From contig CAYWNS010000001.1 of the NCBI GenBank assembly GCA_964459715.1, positions 9,884 to 73,883 of the forward strand: a stretch of 64,000 nucleotides of DNA, given 5' to 3'. A program made the translations under genes and the position numbers. The notes beneath the pieces were generated by a model. It was given only the letters and a program-made list of their open reading frames with translations. It was not told where the DNA came from and ran no database searches. Of the stretch, positions 49,865 to 59,200 are shown piece after piece; within the stretch, counting starts at the first letter, position 1; each line of letters opens with the position of its first letter. This DNA comes from an uncultured Akkermansia sp. GTDB lineage: Bacteria > Verrucomicrobiota > Verrucomicrobiia > Verrucomicrobiales > Akkermansiaceae.

Positions 49865-49914
49865 TTGCGTGAGCCTGTGGACGCAGGTGAACACAAACAA
49901 ACCCAAGTCAACGT

Positions 49915-50895
49915 ATGGATATTCTTCATGATAAAGATGCAGACGTAAGCGTTCTGAACGGGAAAACCGTGGCAATCATCGGATACGGAGCGCAGGGGCG
50001 GGCGCAAGCACTCTGCCTACGCGACAGTGGTGTGCACGTCATTATCGGTTTGCGCCCCGGCAAGAGTTGGGACGCGGCGGTGCAGGATGGTTTTGAGGTG
50101 ATGCCCGTGGACCAGGCGGCGGAGCGGGGAGATATTGTGCACTTGTTGCTGCCGGATGAGAAACACGGGGAGGTGTACGCCAAGCAGATTGCCCCGGCGA
50201 TGAAAGCGGGGAAGACCCTGTGCTGTTCCCACGGTTTCGCGTATGTGTTCAAGACGATTGTGCCGCCGCCGGACGTCGATGTCGTCATGGTTGCCCCGAA
50301 GGGACCGGGTACAGAGGTGCGACGTGTATTTGAGGAGGGCTTTGGGTGTCCGGGATTGATTGCCGTGTTCCAAAATCCGAGCGGTAAAGCTCGCGATGTA
50401 GCCCTAGCCATTGCCAAAGGGGAAGGGTTGACTCGCGGGGGAGTGCTGGAGTGCACGATGCAGCAGGAAACATACGAAGACCTCTTCGGTGAGCAGAATG
50501 TGCTGTGCGGCGGTTTGGTTGATCTCATGAAGTATGGTTTCGAGACGCTGATCGAAGCCGGTTACCCGCCCGAGATGGCTTATTTTGAGTGCGTGCACGA
50601 GGCAAAGCTCATCGTGGACCTCATCTATGTCGGTGGGATACAGCGCATGAACGCTGTGATTTCCAACACGGCGGAGTTCGGTGAGTATTACAACGGACCG
50701 CAGATTTTGGGACCGGAGGTGAAAGAGAAGATGAAGAAGTCGCTGGAGCGTATTGAATCCGGGGAATTCGCGAAGGTATGGCTGGCGGAGGCCGCCCAAG
50801 GAGCTCCGAACCTGCAAGCAAAGCGCGCGGCTCTGGCTGATCACCCCGTGGAGATTGTCGGCAAAAAGATACGCGCTCTCTTCGAACGCAACTGA
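49915..50895 (+). CDS. ilvC: Ketol-acid reductoisomerase
   Basis: IIGYGAQG, LLPDE, SHGF, VAPKGPG, DLFGEQ.VLCGG, YFECVHE.KLIVD, SNTAEFG. Confidence 0.97.
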   Translation: MDILHDKDADVSVLNGKTVAIIGYGAQGRAQALCLRDSGVHVIIGLRPGKSWDAAVQDGFEVMPVDQAAERGDIVHLLLPDEKHGEVYAKQIAPAMKAGKTLCCSHGFAYVFKTIVPPPDVDVVMVAPKGPGTEVRRVFEEGFGCPGLIAVFQNPSGKARDVALAIAKGEGLTRGGVLECTMQQETYEDLFGEQNVLCGGLVDLMKYGFETLIEAGYPPEMAYFECVHEAKLIVDLIYVGGIQRMNAVISNTAEFGEYYNGPQILGPEVKEKMKKSLERIESGEFAKVWLAEAAQGAPNLQAKRAALADHPVEIVGKKIRALFERN

Positions 50896-50914
50896 TCCCC
50901 TCCTCCAAAGTTGA

Positions 50915-50952
50915 CCGGGGACAGCTGACCGTGCCGTCCCCGGGTGCTTTTT
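50915..50952 (+). terminator. Possible intrinsic terminator after ilvC
   Basis: CCGGGGAC...GTCCCCGG stem followed by GTGCTTTTT. Confidence 0.5.
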
Positions 50953-50965
50953 CCTTTGCGCCCGC

Positions 50966-51760
50966 ATGAACTCAAAGTCCGCCGCCATCCGCGTGGAAAA
51001 CGCCCGAGTCTTCCTCTCCGGACGGGAAATTCTGCGGGACATCAACTGGGAGGTGACGTGCGGCGAGCGTTGCTTTATCCTAGGGGCAAATGGTGCCGGA
51101 AAGACGACACTGGTGCGCATGCTCATGGGCTATGCTTGGCCTCTCTTCGGCGCGAAGGTGGAGGTGCTGGGACACCGCTTCGGTACGGTCAATCTGCGGG
51201 AATTGCGCAAACGAATCGCTTGGGTCAGTCCCCTCGTGCACCGCTGGTTGGGGGATCGGGAGTGGACGGGGCTGGAGATGGTACTTTCCGGTCCGGACGC
51301 TACGATAGGTCTCTTCCGTACTCCCGGGAAAGAAGAGACAGGGAGGGCGCGTCGGTTGCTGGCTGATATGAACGCCGAGTACCTCGCGCAGCGTAGCGTG
51401 GTCACCATGAGCTCCGGGGAGCAGGTGAAAGTGCTCATCGCCCGCGCTCTCATGTGCGACCCCGACCTCATGATTCTGGACGAGCCGAGTGTCTTTCTCG
51501 ATATCGCCGGTAGGGAATTCCTCCTGCGCAGTATTGCCCAGCTGTCCCATCAGCGTCCCGACCTCACCCTCATCTTTATCACTCAACGCATCGAAGACAT
51601 CCTGCCGGAGTTTTCTCGGGGGCTTATCATGCAGGAGGGGCGCATCGTGGCTCATGGCTCTCGCGCAGACGTCCTCACGGAGTCAAATCTGTGCCTCGCT
51701 TTCGGCATGCCCATCCACCTCGTGCGCGGTCAAAACGGGCGACTTTGGACGGTCCTTTGA
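50966..51760 (+). CDS. ABC transporter ATP-binding protein (ModF/YlmA-like), no permease adjacent
   Basis: GANGAGKTT, MSSGEQ, ILDEP. Confidence 0.88.
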   Translation: MNSKSAAIRVENARVFLSGREILRDINWEVTCGERCFILGANGAGKTTLVRMLMGYAWPLFGAKVEVLGHRFGTVNLRELRKRIAWVSPLVHRWLGDREWTGLEMVLSGPDATIGLFRTPGKEETGRARRLLADMNAEYLAQRSVVTMSSGEQVKVLIARALMCDPDLMILDEPSVFLDIAGREFLLRSIAQLSHQRPDLTLIFITQRIEDILPEFSRGLIMQEGRIVAHGSRADVLTESNLCLAFGMPIHLVRGQNGRLWTVL

Positions 51761-51789
51761 GCCGACACCTCAAAACCATCATCCCATCG

Positions 51790-52535
51790 CCCGCTACTCA
51801 CGCACTTCCTGCCTTTCACCTTTCTCCTACCACACACGCTTCTCCCCGGCTTTGCCACTTCGTACTTCGTACTTCGTACCTCGTACTTAATCCCCCTCCC
51901 CGTTTCCCTGCGACATAGTTATCGCCCACCACTAAGCCTCTCATTTATTTGGGGTGGGTATGCACAGCCGTCCTAATAAAATTTTCGAGAATCGCCGCGA
52001 TGCTAGTCCCCATGCGGGGTACAGACGCTCTGCGTACTAAGGGGGCTTCCACATCGCAGGTGCATGGATTTGATCCCCACGCGTTGTTCCGGCTTTGCTT
52101 CTTCCACCTCCCTCTGCGCAACTCCGTTGCGCCTAACTCTTTCACTTCGTACTTCGTACTTCGTACCTCGTACTTGATCCCCCTCCCCGTTTCCCTGCGA
52201 CAAAGTTATCGCCCACCACTAAGCCTCTCATTTATTTGGGGTGGGTATGCACAGCCGTCCTAATAAAATTTTCGAGAATCGCCGCGATGCTAGTCCCCAT
52301 GCGGGGTACAGACGCTCTGCGTACTAAGGGGGCTTCCACATCGCAGGTGCATGGATTTGATCCCCACGCGTTGTTCCGGCTTTGCTTCTTCCACCTCCCT
52401 CTGCGCAACTCCGTTGCGCCTAACTCTTTCACTTCGTACTTCGTACTTCGTACCTCGTACTTAATCACCCCCGTGTCTTCCTGCCCCAAAGCCACCGCCC
52501 ACCACCAAGCCTTTAATTTATTTGGGACAGATGTG
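51790..52535 (-). repeat. Family II/family I hybrid (51790-51962) plus two near-identical tandem family I copies (51963-52249, 52250-52535)
   Basis: 287-bp period with near-identical sequence. The hybrid switches from a family I left arm to a family II right arm inside the heptamer tract at ~51857-51888. Confidence 0.9.
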
Positions 52536-52563
52536 GTGGGTGCACTGTGGTTGGGAAATAGGC

Positions 52564-52592
52564 TTGCGGAAGAATGCGTTGTATGCTAGGAT
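52564..52592 (+). promoter_or_regulatory. Putative sigma70 promoter, leaderless, of coaE-rho
   Basis: TTGCGG-17-TAGGAT with an extended -10 TG, then 7 nt to GTG 52600. Confidence 0.55.
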
Positions 52593-52599
52593 GGGCGGC

Positions 52600-54498
52600 G
52601 TGAAGGTTATTGTAGTAACAGGGGGAATTGCCTGCGGGAAGAGTACGGTGGTGCGGTTGCTGCGGGAGGAATGTGAGCAGGAACCGACGGTGTTTGATTG
52701 CGACCGTGCTGTGGCGGCACTGTACGAGGAAGCCGGAGTGGCGCAAGAGCTCCGAGACGCATTCGGTGAGGAGGCGTTGGGAGCTGAGGGAGGAGTGAAT
52801 CGCAAGTACTTGCGCGAGCTGGTGATGTCGAGCGGGGAGGATAAGGCGAAACTGGAGGGTATCATTCACCCGAAGGTGGCGCGGCTGTGCGCGAGAGCGA
52901 TGGAAGAAGCCCAACAGGGCGGGGGAGTACCTATTTTCATCGCGGATGTGCCGCTATACTTTGAGAGCAAATGCTCGGAGTGGTTGAATGCCGATGTCGT
53001 GTGTACTGTGGCGGCATCTCGCGAGAAACAGACGGAAAGACTCCGACGACGCGGGGAGTTGCGTCCCGAAGATATGCAGGCTCTCATCGACGCGCAAGCT
53101 CCGACGGAAGAAAAGATGGTCAGGGCAGATTGCGTGATATGGAACGAGTGCCCCCGGGAACAACTTCGCGCGCAAGTCCAGCTGTTTTATCGCCATTTCC
53201 TTGAAAGGGATGTCAAGGCGTACATCGCGGTACGCTCCCAGTTCAGTGTCAACGACCTGCAAAAACTCTCCCCCGCTCAACTGCAGGATAAGGTGCGGGA
53301 GCTTTCCGCGCGCTGGATCACGGGTGATCTCACGCGGCGTCAGTTGGTCTCCGGCTTAACCCGCGCGCTCTCCCTCGGGGGAAGTCGCGTCTATGCGACC
53401 GGTGTCATCAGCCGGGGGAGACTTGCCCGGCAGTACGCGCTGCGGTACGCGGAATACAGTTTCCGCCCGGGATGGGACGATGTACTCATCCCTCCGGAGC
53501 TCGTGGACCGCCACGGTTTGCGCTTGGGCAACAAGGTGAAAGTGCAGGTGCGTGGGCAGCAGAGGTGGGAGCACCCCATCATCGCCACAGAGGTGTCGGA
53601 GATCGAGGGTATACCCGTTGCCGAGTATGTACAGCCGCCCGAGTTCGACCAACTCACCCCTCTCATCCCCCAAAAACGCTTGCTCTTGGAAAACAAGGAC
53701 ATCGATTCGCCCGCCATGCGTATGTTGGACTTGATAGCCCCGTTGGGCATGGGGCAGCGCGCGCTGGTGGTTGCCCCGCCGCGCGGCGGTAAGACAATTC
53801 TGCTCAAGACGATGGCACGTGCCCTGAGGGCAAATTATCCGGCGGCAGAGTTGCTCGTCCTCCTCCTAGATGAACGTCCGGAAGAAGTGACAGATTTTGA
53901 GGAGTCCGTGGGTGTCCCGGTCTTCGCCTCCACCTTTGATGAAAGTTCCTATCGCCACGAGCAACTCAGCGACATCGTGCTGGAGCGCGCGCGTCGCTTA
54001 GTGGAGCAAAAGAAAGATGTGATCATCCTCTTAGACTCCCTGACGCGTTTGGCTCGCGGCTACAACGCCAACGCGACGGGCGGACGCACGATGTCCGGCG
54101 GCTTGGACTCTCACGCGTTGGAAAAACCGCGTAAGTTTTTCGGCGCGGCGCGCAATGCCGAGGAAGGTGGGAGCCTCACTATCATCGCCACCTGTCTGGT
54201 GGATACGGAATCCCGCATGGACCAGATCATCTTCGAGGAGTTTAAGGGCACGGGAAACATGGAGGTCAGACTCGACCGCGAATTGGCTGAACGCCGAATT
54301 TACCCCGCCATCGCTCTGCCGCAGAGCGGAACCCGCAACGATGACCGTCTGTACCACCCGGATGAACTCTCCCGCGTGCTGCAACTACGTCGACAGTTGG
54401 CTGCCCACCCGGGTTGGGAAGCTCTGGAAATCTTGCTGGCTAACATCCGTAAAACTCAGAACAACGCCGAGCTGCTCCTTCGCGGTCTCAGTGCGTGA
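52600..54498 (+). CDS. rho: Dephospho-CoA kinase (CoaE) - transcription termination factor Rho fusion
   Basis: N-terminal [33 protein letters not shown] (CoaE). In the same frame follow [53 protein letters not shown] and SGTR (Rho). Confidence 0.92.
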   Translation: MKVIVVTGGIACGKSTVVRLLREECEQEPTVFDCDRAVAALYEEAGVAQELRDAFGEEALGAEGGVNRKYLRELVMSSGEDKAKLEGIIHPKVARLCARAMEEAQQGGGVPIFIADVPLYFESKCSEWLNADVVCTVAASREKQTERLRRRGELRPEDMQALIDAQAPTEEKMVRADCVIWNECPREQLRAQVQLFYRHFLERDVKAYIAVRSQFSVNDLQKLSPAQLQDKVRELSARWITGDLTRRQLVSGLTRALSLGGSRVYATGVISRGRLARQYALRYAEYSFRPGWDDVLIPPELVDRHGLRLGNKVKVQVRGQQRWEHPIIATEVSEIEGIPVAEYVQPPEFDQLTPLIPQKRLLLENKDIDSPAMRMLDLIAPLGMGQRALVVAPPRGGKTILLKTMARALRANYPAAELLVLLLDERPEEVTDFEESVGVPVFASTFDESSYRHEQLSDIVLERARRLVEQKKDVIILLDSLTRLARGYNANATGGRTMSGGLDSHALEKPRKFFGAARNAEEGGSLTIIATCLVDTESRMDQIIFEEFKGTGNMEVRLDRELAERRIYPAIALPQSGTRNDDRLYHPDELSRVLQLRRQLAAHPGWEALEILLANIRKTQNNAELLLRGLSA

Positions 54499-54528
54499 GC
54501 TCCTACACCTCCCCGGCGCATCTCACAA

Positions 54529-54785
54529 GAAGTAGCAGAGTCAGGGAGCGACGCTTGGGTGATGCCGGAGCTTGGCGCGGGTTCTCTGTCCGCGTGACTC
54601 CTCTGCGTACCGCACTCGCGTCTTGCATGCTGTCCATAATACGCTCTGCGTACCACGGGGGCATCTCCTTCATGGACGTGCGGATTTGTGCTCCACGCGG
54701 GGTTTTCCGCTTCGCTCTCCTCGCCCGCATCTGCGCAACCTTGTTGCGCCTAACTTAAATACTTCGTACTTCGTACCTCGTACTT
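54529..54785. repeat. Family II fragment (+, 54529-54596) and family I right-arm fragment (-, ~54640-54785)
   Basis: GATGCCGGAGCTTGGCGCGGG...CCGCGTG, then GCGCAAC-ctt-GTTGCGCCTAAC and reverse heptamer x3. Confidence 0.75.
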
Positions 54786-55860
54786 ACTGTTGGGGGTTAT
54801 GCTGTTGGTTGATAGCATACGAGGCACTGCGGGTCGTTCCGTATTTCCTCAAAAAACCTTTTTTCACCAGACCTTGCACGGTTTTACGTATAGTTTCGGG
54901 GGATTGGGGAAAATGGCGCAGGATGTCAGACATCTTGAGGGATATCCCATGGACAAAGAGGCTCAGCACGGCACGCGCGGATTCCGACAGCGCGTCGTCG
55001 TGCCGTTGGGTTATGTCCGATATCGCGGTCTCTAAGCTACGCTTTTGTTTGACCAGAGAGGTGATAAAAAAGGAGAGCCACGGCTCATAGTTGACGCGTT
55101 CCGCTCCCATCGTTCTCTGCGTCCCGCGCAGCGCGCGATAATACGCGTCTTTGCTCGCTTCAATAATCGCCTCCATGGAAGAATAAGGCATGTAACTATA
55201 CCGGCATCTCAGCATGAGCAGGAGCGTCAGTGCCCGAGACAACCGCCCATTACCATCTGTAAACGGGTGGATGGCAAGGAAATGGACGATAAAGAGACCG
55301 ATGGTGACAATGGGGTGAAGAAGACCGTCTCGGAGTGCTTCGTTCGTCCATTCGACTAATTCCCGCATGAGACGCGGGGTCTCGAAGGGAGGCGCGGTCT
55401 CAAATATCGAGCCGATCTCGTGTCCTTCCGCGTCAAAGGCTGCCACGCGGTTGCTGTATTGTTTGTATTCGCCTCGGTGTCGCTCATCTTTGGCAGAGTA
55501 CCGCAGAAGGATTTGATGCATTTGCTTGATGTAGTTTTCTGTCAGCGGTATCTCTTTGTAGTTCTCGAAAATCGTTCGAACTAAGTCCCTATATCCGGCT
55601 ACTTCTTCTTCGTCTCGCGATCTGAATGACTTCCTGTCTATCTGTTCAAAGAGCGTCTCTACCTCCGCATCGCTCAATTTGTTGCCTTCTATCCGATTTG
55701 AGGAACCTACGGACTCGATCGTCGCAATGCGTTTCATCCCATTGAGCTCCTCCGGAGTCAACCGGAATGCTCCACCATTCCACGCGCCGTTAAATCGCTC
55801 GATTTCACTGATCATGTTGAGCATTTCCGCCGTGATGATGATGTCTCTTTGATTTGGCAT
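54784..55860 (-). CDS. Fic family protein with C-terminal wHTH
   Basis: Catalytic motif HPFTDGNGRLSR and N-terminal inhibitory-helix motif SNRIEGN. Start MPNQRD at 55860. Confidence 0.92.
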   Translation of the reverse strand: MPNQRDIIITAEMLNMISEIERFNGAWNGGAFRLTPEELNGMKRIATIESVGSSNRIEGNKLSDAEVETLFEQIDRKSFRSRDEEEVAGYRDLVRTIFENYKEIPLTENYIKQMHQILLRYSAKDERHRGEYKQYSNRVAAFDAEGHEIGSIFETAPPFETPRLMRELVEWTNEALRDGLLHPIVTIGLFIVHFLAIHPFTDGNGRLSRALTLLLMLRCRYSYMPYSSMEAIIEASKDAYYRALRGTQRTMGAERVNYEPWLSFFITSLVKQKRSLETAISDITQRHDDALSESARAVLSLFVHGISLKMSDILRHFPQSPETIRKTVQGLVKKGFLRKYGTTRSASYAINQQHNPQQ

Positions 55861-55910
55861 AATTCTTCCCAAATCCTCCCAAATCTTCCCAAATAAGTCA
55901 ACCATAAAAT

Positions 55911-55995
55911 TGGGAAGTACGAGGCGAATGGGAAGTACGAGGTACGAAGTACGAAGTGGCAAAGCCGGGAACGGCGGGCGCGGTGGGCAATGGGG
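55911..55995 (+). repeat. Heptamer tract plus family II right-arm fragment
   Basis: AAGTACGAGGTACGAAGTACGAAGTGGCAAAGCCGGG. Confidence 0.8.
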
Positions 55996-56178
55996 TTGCT
56001 CGGAAAAAAACGTGCGCATCTCTTTCCTAATCCGATGCACCGTGATAGAGCTTATTGCTATAGATAATCAATACCTTATGTCTCTGTTCCTCGTGAATTT
56101 TACATGCGACGATTCTTGTTATTGATCCTCCCCATTCGATATAATTTGCTTTTTTTTAAGGGAAACGTCATTTTTTGC

Positions 56179-56208
56179 TTGCGCACGGCATTAGGAATGA
56201 GATATACT
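56179..56208 (+). promoter_or_regulatory. Putative sigma70 promoter of giant surface-protein gene
   Basis: TTGCGC-18-TATACT within an AT-rich upstream region. Confidence 0.45.
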
Positions 56209-56293
56209 GACGAGCGTAACAGACTGCGAGGGATGTCGACTGGGTGGTCGGGCGTTTTCTCGCATTGGGCTCTTATTCAATCTATTACAACTT

Positions 56294-59200
56294 ATGAAAC
56301 TCCATTTACCTCATGGTCTCCGTAAGGCTTTGCTGGCTTGCCTCGCTGCAGTTGCTTCGCACTGCCGTCTCCCCCGTACGGTCTCTACCGGCACGGCTTT
56401 GCTGGGTATCTTCTCCTTGCTCTGGAGCGGCAGTCTTCGTGCCGATGAACCACTGCTACCCGAGGACGAAATACTCGTCGACGAAGAAGAGCTGCCCCTC
56501 GCCGTGAATGAGATTGCCACATTCGGAGAAGAGGTCGGTATCCTGCCCATCGCTGTCACGACATCCTCAACCGAAGATATCAATTCAGGGCACAGTACAT
56601 TGACCAACGGAAATGTGACCTACAGCGGTGACATCTATACGTGGGATGTGACCAAAAATACAAGCTTCTACAATAAAGGCAGTGCGACCTATACAAAGTG
56701 GGTGGCGGGCAGTGGGGACATGATGGACGGCGAAAGCAAGACGGCTGGTAGCACTGATAATTTATGGCAAAATTTCTTCCACGGGAAAAAAACTGCTGTG
56801 GATAACACCACCTATGATTCCCTTCGTTTGGTGGGGGCTACCGGGGAAGCAGCGTTGACAACCGATGGAATGACATCTCAAGGTGACAGTGCTTTTTGCA
56901 TCGGTGGACTCATTGTTGAAGCATCTGAATCCGGCGGTAGTTACTCTATAAGTTTGCGCCACAGTGACACGCATAGCCACGCGCTGTATTGGGGTGCCGG
57001 AACAGGTGAGCAAGGTAACAAATTTGAAGCACTTATCCTGTCGGACACCACCTTTACGGATATACGCAGCGTAGCGGACCCCACACACGAGGACGAAACT
57101 ACCTACGGCTTCCACATCATCTCCGATGCGGATGTTCGTATTGCAAAGGGCAAGACTTTGGCAGTGGAAGCCGTCATGCAGATTGCAGATGGTAAAACAT
57201 TAAACCTTAGTGCTGTAGGCGAGGGTGAGGCTGCGGCTTTCCGTGTCAATGGCATAGATAACTCGGCGGTGACTGCGGAGACACCGACTTTGGTGGTCGG
57301 GGACAGCGTGCACATGGAGGTTACCGGGGGAGTGACCGGACCGTTGAACCTAGGTCTCGGGGCAAACGCGGAATTCAGCGTGGGTAGCGGGGACATGGGC
57401 CTTGATACCCTCACGATCGGGGACGCCGCTGCGAAGGGAGATGGTGTTACCTCCTCCTCCCTTTCTGCCAACGGTGGTACGGTAACTGTTACCGGCGCAG
57501 TGACTCTCAATGACGGCTATGTGCTGAAGCTGGAGAATGTGAACTTCACCGTTGAAGGAGGACTCGGTCTTCCGGATCTCGGTCTGAAAACTGCTTACGG
57601 AACGCTTATTGTGGGAACAGGTGCCACGGCGAACATTTCCGGTGCGATTACGGGTACCACGTCAGTCGTGGTGCATCAGTTGAAGGTTGCCGGTGGTAAA
57701 CTAAATGTCAACCAAAATACTACGTATGTGAACGCCAGCGGAACCCTCAGTGAAGCATCAACAGTGATGACAGAGGTGACCGATGGCGGCACATTAGTAA
57801 CGCAAGGTTTCGGCACGCCTTACTCCGTTTTAGTCGCCGGGACTAACAGCTCGATGACTGTAAATGGTAACGCTGATCTCAACAATGTCGCGTGTCTCAC
57901 TGTCAAAGAAGGAGGCTCCGTGACCGTCACAGGTAATTTGGGCGGAAATAAAAGTGGTGCTGGTGCGATCTCGGTGGGAAGTCTCGCGGGTGCGGGAAGC
58001 GCGAGTGGCACTCTGACGGTGAACGGCAATTTGTCGTGTACATCGGTAACGGTGCAGGGGGAAGGAAGTAAACTCACGGTGGGTGGTGCGGTAACACTTT
58101 CGGCGGAGAGTACCCTAGGTGCCGGGGCTACGTTCGACCTGAGCGGGGCATCTGCGTTTAATGTCACGGGCACGGGTCTCACCATCAACGTGGGTACGGC
58201 AGATGTGGCGACGGACGGTGTCTTTGCATCCGGCAAGCTCTTGCTGAACACAAGTCTCATTGGAAGTTTGACCGAGCTTGCCACGAGCGACAAACTCACT
58301 CTCAAATTCACCGACCTGACTGCCGCCAGCTTTGCCGATGCCAACACTTGGACCTGTGACTTGTTTGCGGGGATGACACTTACGGGGGAGGATGCGAATG
58401 CTCTGACCGCTTTTTTGGAGGGTGCGTTGGATCTCTCCGCGCTCGAGAGCATGAACAAAGAGAGTGACATCGTGGTGGGTACCGATGGTCATGTCACTAT
58501 TATCTTTGAGGGGGATAATCTCACTATTGACGCATCCAGTCACAGCGGCGGTATCACGTGGAAAAATAAAGGGGATATCATCTGGGATGACACCGGGACC
58601 GGGCAAAAGGCGAAATTCAAAAATGGAGACAATGTTGCTTTCAGTGAGCAAACGGACACAACCGGTACTGTCACCATGGAGGGCGAGCTCATTACGGGTG
58701 GCTTCTCTGTCAACCAAGGGAAATGGACATTTGCGAACTCCGAGGGCGGCACCCATTCGCTCACCATACAGGGGGAACTCACCGTTTCCAACGAATCTGA
58801 CGTGGAGTGGGATAGCGGTGTAACGGCACTCACTATCACGGGCGATTCTGTTCTCATAGATGCCGCATCGTGGATGGGGAAGAATATGGTGATAACCCTC
58901 GCTGACTCCCTAGAACCGACCGAAGGAGGGAAGCAAATAGAAATCAGTGGCAGCATGACGGTGAAGAGTCTCGTGACCGCTGCAGGCAGCACGGAGGAGT
59001 CGCATGTGACGGTCGAAAATCTTGGGCAGCTCAACGTGACTGACGCTCTGACCATTACCACCCTCACCGTGGGTACAGTCGAAGAGTCCGGGGTACTGTC
59101 CGCCCAAGCCGTCGAGACCACCGCGCAGGTTGTTGCCGGAACCGTGACACTCACCGGGAGTGGTACCTCCGCCGATGATCCGAAAGATGTACTCCACATC

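Noticed and set aside
51963-52535. Diversity-generating retroelement template/variable repeat pair
   Set aside because: The copies are non-coding with no adenine-specific mismatch pattern, and no reverse transcriptase is present.
51945-52589. Small ORFs with YEVRSTK / TSYFVLR repeats and MKELGAT peptides
   Set aside because: These are translations of the non-coding repeat. Frames, starts and stops are not conserved between copies.
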